A DNA stretch of 64,000 bases, taken from positions 21,270,848-21,334,847 of the forward strand of contig CM120643.1 in NCBI GenBank assembly GCA_051362555.1, in the 5' to 3' direction. How positions within the stretch are numbered: the first letter of the stretch is position 1; each line of letters opens with the position of its first letter. This document shows positions 38,610-49,984 of this stretch, piece by piece. The translations under genes were made by a program, and so were the position numbers. The notes below the pieces were generated by a model. That model saw nothing but the letters and a program-made list of their open reading frames with translations. It ran no database searches and was not told where the DNA came from. The DNA comes from Lingula anatina. Its lineage: Eukaryota; Animalia; Brachiopoda.

Positions 38610-41539
38610 ATGTCCCGCGGATCGCCTGTTCCTCTCACAGAAGAAAGTATTTTGAGTCATTTCTCTGAAGAAGACCGCGAGTTGCTGTTATCAGATACAC
38701 TCACCGGTCACTGGTGGTATGAAGGATTTACCTTATTACTGAGATGCTTTCGTGAAGACAAAGCTTTCACCTTGGCAGGAAGACAGTGGATAGAAAGACG
38801 CTGGGTTGACGTCCTTAAAAACAGACTAGCGATATCTAGACGACTGCCGGCAGTTGACTTAAACAAGGTTAGTATACATGTGCATAGGCCTATATACCTC
38901 ATCTATAGAACCAAAGGGATGTTTTGTTGACATACATGGTTAAATTTGTCCCTTTCTTAAAATTTTGTGTTTATGCCTTTCGAAGAGTCATCACCTTGAG
39001 ACTGAGCGGAAGGTCGATTACCCATCGAGTGCTCTAGACCTTCGAAATTCTTGACTCGAAATCAATCTTATTTGGCCAATTCAAAACAAATTTCACCATT
39101 GGTCTCAACTTTGTAATTAGCAGTCTTCATTCTTCACTTATGTACATATACATGTACATGTGGTAGACGGAAAGGACAAAAACGACGTCCTTATAATTAT
39201 TATAGCAGCTTAGTCAAGTATGCAAAACTAGATGTTAATTTATCTGAACACTGGATCTATCATTTACCCAGTTATCACTGACAACATGGCTCATATTTCG
39301 TGACCCTCATGCTGACGATGTTAAAACTATGCTCTGAGTATCTTCCTAGTAATATTTTTGTCCCGCATGTCTACATTTTCGGAAATATTGGTACGTGATG
39401 TTAATGGGTTCCATGTGGGCTGCACGTTTCTTTGTGTCCTAATTTATATTTCATTTTCACTTGAGGCTCAGTCTATGTGCGCTTAAAATATTTACTAATC
39501 CAGGCCAGCTTTTTTTTCTCATTTTGCACACGTGTATGTTACATTATTTAAATGTGCGGTAACATCCTCAAAGAAATTAGCTTTTCTGTTAATGTGGAAA
39601 TTAGAACATCCTACTCTCTACGAATGACATTTATTTATTTATTTATTTTGCAAAATGTTTCGTTGTTCACGGCTTTCATGCATAACAAAAAGGCTGGGTA
39701 AATAGATATATAAATACACTCATAATAAAAATATCATCACGTCTACAAATTAATGTTTTAACTGTTGGTACAAAGTATTACAATGAGCAAGAAAAAGATT
39801 TAAAAAAAACCCATTAAATTGCATTAGTTATTAAACAGAAAATCCGATTCATGTTTATATGGAGCCCAATCACATAGTATAATGTATGATGTGATTTCTG
39901 GGATAAAAAGCACTATTTAAAACTTTTTACAGCCGTTGTGATGACTTGTAAAACGGAAACAAGTGAAATTAGAGTGTATATAAGCCGTGGTCGATATCAC
40001 TTTCCTGAGGCCAGCAAAACAGCATATCAGCCTCAGTCTACGCTTTTCTAGAGGCCAAGTGAGTGATGAAATTAATTACATGCCAAATTTATCGTTGTAC
40101 AGTTGAAAAAAGTGAGACATATCTGTCAATATCTAGTAAAATAATTAAGCTTTTGGTGGCCCTGGTACAGGGTAACCTCAGCCGAAGTGGCGATAAATAT
40201 GGCTACAAGTTTGAATATGTTGAGACCTTATGCTATGTACTGTTGCTCTTGTTAAAACTATTTCAGATCCCAATCAAAAAGCCGATTTTCATTATTGGTC
40301 CTTGTCGCACTGGAACTACTTTCCTCCAAAAGCTCCTATTCTCTGATCCTCTAAATACATGCCTCAAGTATTATGAACTTTTGCAACCAGTTGTAGATGC
40401 TGATACCGGCGTCGAGGACCCACGGATTATGAAAGCTACACAGGCAAAAGGTAAGCAACTTAAAAATGATATTGCTTTACAATTAATCTAAATTATTTCC
40501 ACAGTTATTGTCATATGACAACTTGGATGGGCCAAAAATGTCTAATATGTAACTAATTCTTAATTATGCTTTCAGTACTTATTGAAAGAATTTTTATTCA
40601 GCCAGAATGTACGTCACCAGTCCTGCTTTCAAAACCATGCACCGCTATGAAGCTGGCGGTCCCGAAGAAGATTTCTATCTATTCCATAACATCGGTGTGT
40701 TTAAGGATTGCGCTTTCCAACTCTCGGACTGTAGAGAGTATGTAAAATGGATGGAGGCGAGAACGAATGACGAAATGCTTGAGGCTTATCGTTTCCATAA
40801 GCAGCAGACTCAGCTTATATTACATAGTAGAGGTGAGTTTCTAACTGGTTATAAAAATACATGCAAATAACTGCTCCTTTTTGTTAATAAGCAATGCCTC
40901 TCTTATTTTCTACTAGCGTGCTATACCTTTAAAAAAAGAGAATTTATTGTTATAACTGAATTAAACTTTTCGGCAGAATTGAAACAATGTGTTGTTTTTG
41001 TTGCAGAATTTCTAAACAGCGATCTACGGATGGTTTTCAAAGAGAATTTCCACAGTCTGTATTTGGCTGTCGCACTTAAGGTCTATCCTGACGCAATCTT
41101 CGTCCACACCTACCGCAATCCGAGTACAACCGTTGCCTCCCTGTGTTCTGTCCGCGAAAACTTCAAGCTACTCACTTACGAGAAAGATGACGTGGACTTG
41201 AAGCAAATTGGCAGAGAGGTATTGGGTAACTCATTCTGCCACGGTGGAATACAGATGATGAATTACAGGAAACACAACCCAGAGCTGGAGCACAGATTCA
41301 TCGACATTGCGTATGACGACCTCGCAACATCGCCTATGGATGTTGTGAAGAAAATATACGATCATTTTGGCCTGGAACTGACCGACGAAGTTACAGAAAA
41401 AATGGAGGCGTATGTGAAGGAAAATCCGAAAAACAAATATGGGTGCCACGAGTACGACCTAAATCGCTATCACCTGACTAAAGACGAAGTCTTAAAGCAC
41501 TTTAAAGATTATGTCGAAGAGTACAAAATACCCTGTTGA
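38610..41539 (+). CDS. PAPS-dependent sulfotransferase, Sulfotransfer_3 / bacterial Stf3-like family (~401 aa from Met 38610)
   Basis: Exons 38610-38867, 40267-40450, 40602-40832 and 41007-41539 (GT-AG, phases consistent, 1206 nt). Motifs: 5'-PSB loop KPIFIIGPCRTGTTFLQKLL, PEED, YRFHK, K-x-x-x-H (FKENFH), 3'-PB FVHTYRNP...VASLCS, FIDIAYDDL...PMDVVKKIYDHFGL and a KYGxHxY C-terminus. The 5' end is uncertain (see findings). Confidence 0.88.
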
Positions 41540-41591
41540 TCAGCAGAGTTAAGTTTTATTGCTCGTGATATAGTTGCAATTTTGTTGGTTA

Positions 41592-41634
41592 CTTTATGCA
41601 AGGAGTTATAACAGTTATAACTCCTTGCTTTATG
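41592..41634. mobile_element. 29-bp perfect palindrome flanked by 7-bp direct repeats (micro-MITE or transposon footprint) in the sulfotransferase 3' region
   Basis: ctttatg-[caaggagttataac-a-gttataactccttg]-ctttatg. Confidence 0.65.
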
Positions 41635-42542
41635 TTGGTATTTTGCATAAATACTTTAACTTTAAATTCCTTTTATAGGCCTACCTTATATAGTCGCATG
41701 TCTGTTGGGTGACATAGTGGAAATTCAGCGCCAAACATATATTTTATTCAGAGTTAGTAGGCCCTAATACCATTCTAAAAATCTTGTTACGAAAGAGTAG
41801 TTATTGGGTAACTACTCTTACTTCAACTGCCATCTCATCATGGGTAGAATACAACACAATTACAATACATTGCACGGCGGCAGTGATGGGGCTAAGGGAT
41901 GGATCCTTCTGTATGATATTGGAGCAAAATTGATTTTTTTTTATGCAAACTAGACATCTGACAGTCGCAAAATGTTAATAACAATTTTATTGAAAATTAA
42001 GGTACCCAGGTTCAGTTGAAACTATGATAACATAAGGTTATTATTAGGACAACAATAGGACAACCGTGCAAACCATTTACAACTGATGGCACTATGGCCT
42101 TTGGCTTGACAACCGCTTATGCTATTGCCTACTGTACATAAATTTTAACATATGATGATTATAATTCAAGACTGTTATAAACTACAGGAAAATTGCAAGT
42201 TTGAAGAGTTTATATCATTTAATACCAGGACACCCCAAACTTTGCTTAAAAACTTTATTACCTCCGTTATATTACATTTCTCCGCATAGGGGAATGTTAT
42301 ATTAACGAGGCGATTCAGTGAGGTGGACAAACGTTCAGTTGGATTCAAGCAGTGGTTGTGCTGAGTAGGTTAAATAAATTTTTGGGTTGCTTTTTTATAC
42401 TGTCTTGTCGTTATAAAAATGCGTTTACCAGAGGAACGATACCTGATTAATCATAAGCCACAACAAAAATGCAAGTTTGTGTGTGTGAAAGGAGGGGGTG
42501 GGAGAGCAAGGTAGACCACTATATATCAGTAATCACAACACA

Positions 42543-42548
42543 TTTATT
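42543..42548 (-). terminator. Probable HYDIN polyadenylation signal AATAAA
   Basis: tttatt on the plus strand, ~570 nt past the HYDIN stop, followed on the minus strand by GU-rich tgtgttgtgatt. A second candidate lies at ~42596. Confidence 0.45.
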
Positions 42549-43116
42549 GCTTGAACTTTGTACAATATACTGATATGGTCACTCTGATAAATACAATTTA
42601 TTTTACAACAAACCAATAAACATTTAAAACAGGAAAATACCTTGTTAGAATCGTTTTGATATAAAAACATGAAAAACATTTGGTCAGTTAGAAATAAGTG
42701 TGTATATATTACACATTTGGGATGGTTTTAAAGTAGTGTAAGTATCTATGGACGGACAATGGTAAACCACTGATTTTAATTCTAAAATTAATTGAAAACT
42801 GATATAGAATTAAAAAGAATATGTGCACAATATACATTATGTTAAATTCATCATAAAAATCTAAGCAAGTTTGTTTCTTTTTGTGTTGGATGCAAAGTCT
42901 GTTTATATACATAAATATCTTTTCCAGAAAATTACAGAAAGAGTACCTTTATATGGTTCCCAATGAATCTTATCTTTGTATGTCTTACAATATAATGGAA
43001 ACTGAGTCTTTGAGCAATTCAAGTGTTTGGGACATTTCTTGTTGTTAAAGTTCATTGAGTTCTGACATTGAAATTGTGGAAAAAGTCTTTGTGGAAAAAA
43101 CATAATGATCTTTTCC

Positions 43117-46100
43117 TTAAGGTGTAATCCCCTTCAAATAATACACCCACTGGACATTGGATGACCCTCCTGCTGACCGTGCACATGTTACAATCAATTT
43201 CCCCATTACTGCTGCCTTGGTGCCACTGTCATTGCCATCAAAGCCAACTACAATACGATGGTCTTTCCGTGAACGGATATTTTCTCCTGATTTTGTCACA
43301 TGGAATAATGGGTTATCCACCTGGAATGTGAACGGCGTCGTGTGCATGAATACATTGCGGAATGTGATTGATGTTGTTGAGCCAGCCTTTATAATGAAGG
43401 GACCCTGTGGTTTTGGAGGAATGGCTGTGCCAAATAGTGGGAATGTGTAGTCCCCTCCAGTGGGAGAGGTGATGGTTAGGGTTCCTCTGGACTCTCCTAT
43501 GCGTGAAGGTTCATATGTGACATCCAAGGCAACCCAAGTTCCACCACTTGATCCTGGAGCAGCCGGCACGCTCTTTTCACAGTGAAAATCTGGATTGTCA
43601 ATCTGAAAGTAGATGTGTCAAACTTTGGGTTAAATTGGTAGTTTTGATATCAACATGAATTCAAAACTTTGTCAGTTAGTAAAGAATTAAAAATATGACA
43701 ATTAATTTGATTTTGAGTAATCAAACACAGAATGATACGCTTATGTGAAAAAAATGTTTGAAAACCTACAAATGTGTATAAAAATAAGACAGGTAGTTTT
43801 TTTCAAACTTTCTAAACAATTTCATATCTCATAGAGGAACAAAAACTTCACATAGCGATAAACTCACCTTGCAAGCATAGTCTGTTTTACTTTTGGCAAA
43901 GTTCAGGAATCGCGCCTGCTGCACCTGGTTGAGACCCAGACAGGAGCGGAAGTACAGCGCCTTCTCTGGTCCCGCCGGGGCAGCCTTGAGAACCAGGATG
44001 TAGTTGTACTGACCCAGATCATTACTGATGAAGTTCAGCTCGGCTGTCTCCTCGCCAACTTTCAGTGGCAGGTACTCCAGGTTGAAATAACCCTGTACAA
44101 ATAGAGTAATAATAATTTACCCAAATGCTATCATATAAAGCTGTTGGAAAAAAATAGCCTTGGTATGTAGTTATACAGTGTATGTAGTATAATGCTATAG
44201 GGCAGAGGTGGGTTTGAGGGTATATTGTTCTTGCTATGCATGCACATATGTATTATATACTTGCTGGGTCACAGATATATCATTATGTACTAGCACCGAA
44301 ATAATTAAATAAAATAACATCTATCAATGCATCAAAGACTGTACTCAAAGCTTCCATAACAATGGGATAACAGGCATGTTAGCAATAATTATCCCTGTAC
44401 CAAAGAGTGTAAACAAAGCATCCCAGTGGAAAATCAGGCTTGTGGGTATATCTATGTCTGTATAGAAGAGTGTATTCAAGGCATCCCTAACAATGAAATA
44501 ACAGGCATGTGAGTATATCCATCCCTGTAACACAGGGTGTATTCAAAGCATCCCTAACAATGAGATAACAGGCATGTGAGTATATCTATCCCCATATTAC
44601 AGAATGTCTTAAAGTCCTCCCTACCGTGGTTTCCCCTGGCACCACCAGCTGACTGGGCATCAGGACTTCAGGTTTATCACAGGAGGCAGCAAAGGTGATA
44701 CTGTATGTGAGGGGGTTCTTCAGCTCAATGGTGTGCTGTACTGTCTGGCGCACTGGTGTCGTCAGCTCTATCGTGGCGATGACGTCAGGTTTGGTGGCGC
44801 GGTATGTCAGCTCATAGTACTGGTACTCGCCTGTCTGCTCGTTGGTGAAAGTTACCTGAAATTTACAAAATTTGATAATGTTGTTTACTTACTGCAATGA
44901 TTAAAAGATTCTGAAATACATGTAGCTTCAAATTCTGTCCATTGCACTTAAATATTCATATTATTCTGTAAATTTCCATTATATTTTAGTGATATATATG
45001 TCAGAGTCACTGAGTGGTACAATAAGTGAATAGTTGTAACACATACTTTTAGTGATGCCTCTTATATGCTACAAAAAAGAACTCATATAAAATTTTTAAT
45101 TGATCTTGTTAGAATAAGTCAAAGAATTAGCATTTTCAATGCTTTCTGCATTGTAAATATTGCAATTTCATTTTAGAGTTATTTTCTATTAATGTGTTTC
45201 ACTGCTCACCTTGATAACAGACTGCCCCTCTTTGTGTGCATAAAATGTGAGTTTGTAGTCTTTCTTGGTGTTTCCTGGCACATCTATGTAGTCCAGGCCC
45301 TTCAGTGTGGTGCCAGAGTCCAGCTTGTCTGGTTTCAGTGGGTCAAACTTTACTCTGAATCTGAAAGGTGGAATCACAGTGTACAATGTATGTAAATCAT
45401 ATATAGAAGTCATACAATGTAATAAATTCTAAATTCCTTGTACCTATCATACTGACATAAATTACATTTCATCTTAGATTAATGTAGTAGGTTTGTCAGT
45501 GCTCCTTGTATATGGTAAAAACTCTTGAGTCTTTAATGAAACGGTTTTCATTTCTTTCTAACTTTGTCTCTTTCAAATTATTTTTTTAAAAATTCTTTGA
45601 TGTAAAAGTGTCCATCTGATTAAAAATCTGTTACTTTCACATTAAAATAAAAATAATATCACAGTTCATATGGATCAGTGGGGATAAAATCCATTTTTTT
45701 CAATGTTTACAAATTCTATCACTTCTAGTACCTACCTCTGAGGCCTCTTAAGCCAGTTGTTCACAGAGAGGATCTCTGTATAGCTGGTCTTGCAGGGGAC
45801 ATCACGGGTGATGCGGGCATTAACTTTGGGAGGGTCAGAGGAACCCACCAGGTTATACATCAGACCTGTGCCATCTGGCAGCGGGAAGAAAATGGAACCC
45901 TGAAAGGATAAAATACACTTTACAGTACCAATAATACAAGACCAATAGGCACATTGAAAATATTAATGAATTGTTAAGAAATACTGAAAAGAACAAATCT
46001 ATCACACAATCAAATATATTGTATTTTGTCATCTATACAATTTAAGTTCTTGTAAGAATCTTATGAACCAAATGCATATTTTGAGAACAGAATGGACAGC

Positions 46101-49100
46101 ATTCAGTGCAAGTATTACATATCAACTACATCAAAAATTCTGTCTACAAGCATGGGGAATATAAGCAGACACACCTTAAACAATGGGACCCTTCCAAAAC
46201 TCCTGTTTCCACGAAAACAGTATCAGTATAAGAATATAACCAACAAAAATGCAGGAAACCAAAGGTCCATGGGAACTCCCTGGTAACATGTCCATTATTT
46301 TTATTACACAATATATATGACATGTGAAAACTCACCAGGTGCTTCTTGCCCTCAGGTGTCAGAGTCAAAGGCCTATAACACAGCTCAAATGGCTTGGTTT
46401 GCTGGGGCTCCACCTCAAAGATCTCAGGACCACTAAAGTACTCCCCTTCTATCACTGGCTTCAGGACCCAGTGCATGTTGGTGCGGTTCATGATCATGAT
46501 GTTCTTGGTCTCCTTCTGGCGCACATGCGTGTTGATATGCTGCTGCTCCTTCACGGGTGGCACCCCAATGCACATCCCTGTCAGTGTAAGTCTCAGGGGT
46601 TTGTCACCCTCAATGTCACATTTTAGACGCTGAAATGTAATGAGTTTTTTGTTAGAAAATATGTTATGAATATATCAAATCTTGTGAGCATGCCTCATGT
46701 TTCACAGTATATCATACATAGAGCAACTGTTAATTTAGAAAAAATATATAAAATTACTCATATAAGTGATAAAGAAAACTTAAACATTAGATTTACGGGT
46801 TCAATCACTAATGATTTCATACTCATATAACCCAAATTTTCATTTTTAAATATTAGAATATGGTATAATAACAGTCAAGGTCAGTTGGCAAACATCAGTC
46901 CAGGTTAGTAGGCCCGAAAGCAATAAAGATCCATCGCCTCCTAAGCTTACTGTGGTTGAGTCATGTGCACCCAACCTCCAACTACAAACCTCATATCTGA
47001 TATCCTGGCTCAGCTCCAGTGGATGGAAAGTTATCTCAAAGTTGACCTCCATTCCTGGGGAGATGTAACCACTGACTGGGCTGATGGAGAAGTCTGGCTT
47101 GAATTTTTCCACATCCCAGTGAAACCTGGATAAAGGAAATAAAATTGTGATGGTTTACATAATAGCATAAGATCAATCAATGACACTGAGCATTAAAATT
47201 CAATGCAAAAATATTTTTACTATTTCTTTTAATGTTATATAAAATTCTATTCTTTTGTTGGAAAAAAGTAAAACAGTATTCAGATTTTGAGAACATAGTA
47301 AGGGATCATCATTAATGCCAACTTTTTCCTTTCATTCTTTGCCTTTGCTATGGTTCATCTTACAATAAAAATGTGAAATCTAAAAGTCTGTAATAAAATA
47401 TACATTTACTCTTATTCAATGGATGACAGCCTAAAGTTTGCTTTACACGTACCTTGCCCCTATGTCCCCAGAATTTGTCATGACCAGTTTGCGCGTGCTC
47501 TGGCTGCGCTGCACCACAGCTCCAAATGGAATGGCGTCATTATCCAGGGAGATCTCCACACCCTGACATGAGCCAGTGATCACAAACAGAGGTTGGTTCA
47601 TACCAGCACACTCCAGCAGCACCTAGGAGGAAGACAGGGAATTGTGTTTAGACCATAATGAAATCTATTTTTCATTTTGTTATCTATAATTATCATTATC
47701 ATAATCTTCATTATTATCAACATTTTTCCAAACTCAACAAGTATAGAAGAGGAACTGTGCCTTGGAAGTTCAAAACCATAAAAATTTTGACAAATTTCTT
47801 AAAAGACAATTTCCAAATAAAATTGATTTTTAATTAGTCTTAACTTATGCACATCACTAATTCATATCTGGAAGCAAACATTGCACTTAAGTTCTATTTG
47901 TCACTCATCAGTACACCATCATCAGATAAACCCACTCCCTCCTCACCTCCTCTGTGAACTGTGTAATCCTGGTCTTGGGGGAGAAGGTCACCTCCACTTT
48001 GCAGGTGCCCCCCTTGGGTTCCAGCGTGATGTTATTCTTGGGGGACCAGTTCAAGATGGAGGCATCCTGCAGAGCCATGTTGTTGGGGGTGATGGTCAGG
48101 TTGAAGGAGATTGGCGCTGGACTGTTGTTCACTATGGGGATGACCTTCTTGACCACCTGGTTCACCCTCAGTGCACCAAAGTTGACCAGCTTCTGCTTAG
48201 GGTTGGCCACTTCAATCTGAAGCAATTTCATACGATGTTTTAGTCATATAAGATAAAAACTTATGGCAGGAACTTAGAAATGTCTAATTGTATACATCTT
48301 GTATTCATATTGCTCATTTCAAAATTCTGAATGAATTGAAATGGCTCAGATTTCACATAATGCTAGTACATAAATTTTAAGAATTTAATTCTCAGACATG
48401 CATTTCTATAAGGTACAATATATCTTCAATTGCTTTACATAATTTTCAAACAAAATTATCACTAAAACTATTGCAAACATCAACAGAAGCATCCTAACCT
48501 TCATCTTGGTTCCCTGTCCTATGATCTCTATCCCCTGTTTGGACAGCCCATTGATCTCGAAGGTGACCTGCTCAATGTAGCGCTTGACCTCCTGGGGGTA
48601 GAAGGTAAAGTTGATGTCCACTGTCTTCCCTGGGGGCAGCACCTGAGCCTCAAAGTCATGGTGCAGCTGTGCTGAGTTCTTGTACAGGCAATCAAGACTG
48701 GAATATGAGATAAGGGTTTTAATATGCTGTCTGTGTGTGTGAGAGAAAGGAGAGAGAAAGAGAGAGAATACACTGTCTCCTTAATATTGCTATCCCTCTT
48801 AATAATTATCTCAGGCTATAGAATACTAGAAATAATTATTCCTTCTAACACTTTTATTGAACAAAACTTGTGAAACAGATGTTTTTCTTTTTGACATTAG
48901 CTAAGACTTACGATCATTCTCCAGGTACCTCTAACAAATTTGTCAGTCTGAATTATGAGGAATCTGTTGTGGTATAAAATCCTTGTCACATCAGCCATAT
49001 GGTACTGACCTTATATCCTTGGTGTCCTTGTTGGTCACTTTAAGTGTGGTGGTAAGTTTTGGCATGCCTGGACGATAGATGAAGCAGGGGCCAAAGTTGT

Positions 49101-49911
49101 GTGTGTGGAAACTGAAGTGCAGGCCAGGAGGTCTGCCATAGCCTACTACATTGATGGTATAGCTAGGGCCATTTGAGATCTGAAAACACCAAAAAGCATG
49201 CTTAAATAATAATTTTTGAAATCAGAAAAATACCAAATAGCCATCAAATATGTTCAATTGCGATCCGAAACCATGGTTCTTTTATCCAAATCATATGTGC
49301 ATTTCTCATACTTGTAGACTGAATTGATATGCTCATAAATGTTTTTTTCAGTCTTGCTACAAGCAATTAATCACTTTTGTTCTGCCCTGCTCCTCACATG
49401 TGGTTGTGACTGTCAGAGATTTTTAATTCAGACGAATAGTCTACTCCATTATGTTTCTATGATGTAAAATAACAGTGACACACATGTATTCTTACCCTCA
49501 AGATGAGTTCACAGCCTCTTAGCGAAGTACTAGTAGGTGGACAGAATGACAGGACACACTTCTGTTTCTCTCCAAACATGACTCCACCCACATCTGGCGT
49601 GACGGACACCATCTTGTGCCCCTTGCTGCTCCTCTCATTGATCTCCCACTTGTAGTCGAAGTTGAACTTGCCATGGTTGATGATGAACAGGTTGCGGACT
49701 GACTGCTCATTGACTTCAACCTGAAGACAGCAGACAGGTAAGTGCTATGTTATAATACTGGGAGATATCATGATACATGGTGAGATGTATTATACATCTA
49801 CATTTTCACACATTCCCCTCTCCTTACAAGTACTGTATGCTTTAAGTGCATCATGGGCTCCTATCCAAACATGTACACACATTCATGTGGCTATTTATTC
49901 TTATCTCTCTC

Positions 49912-49984
<73 letters not shown>

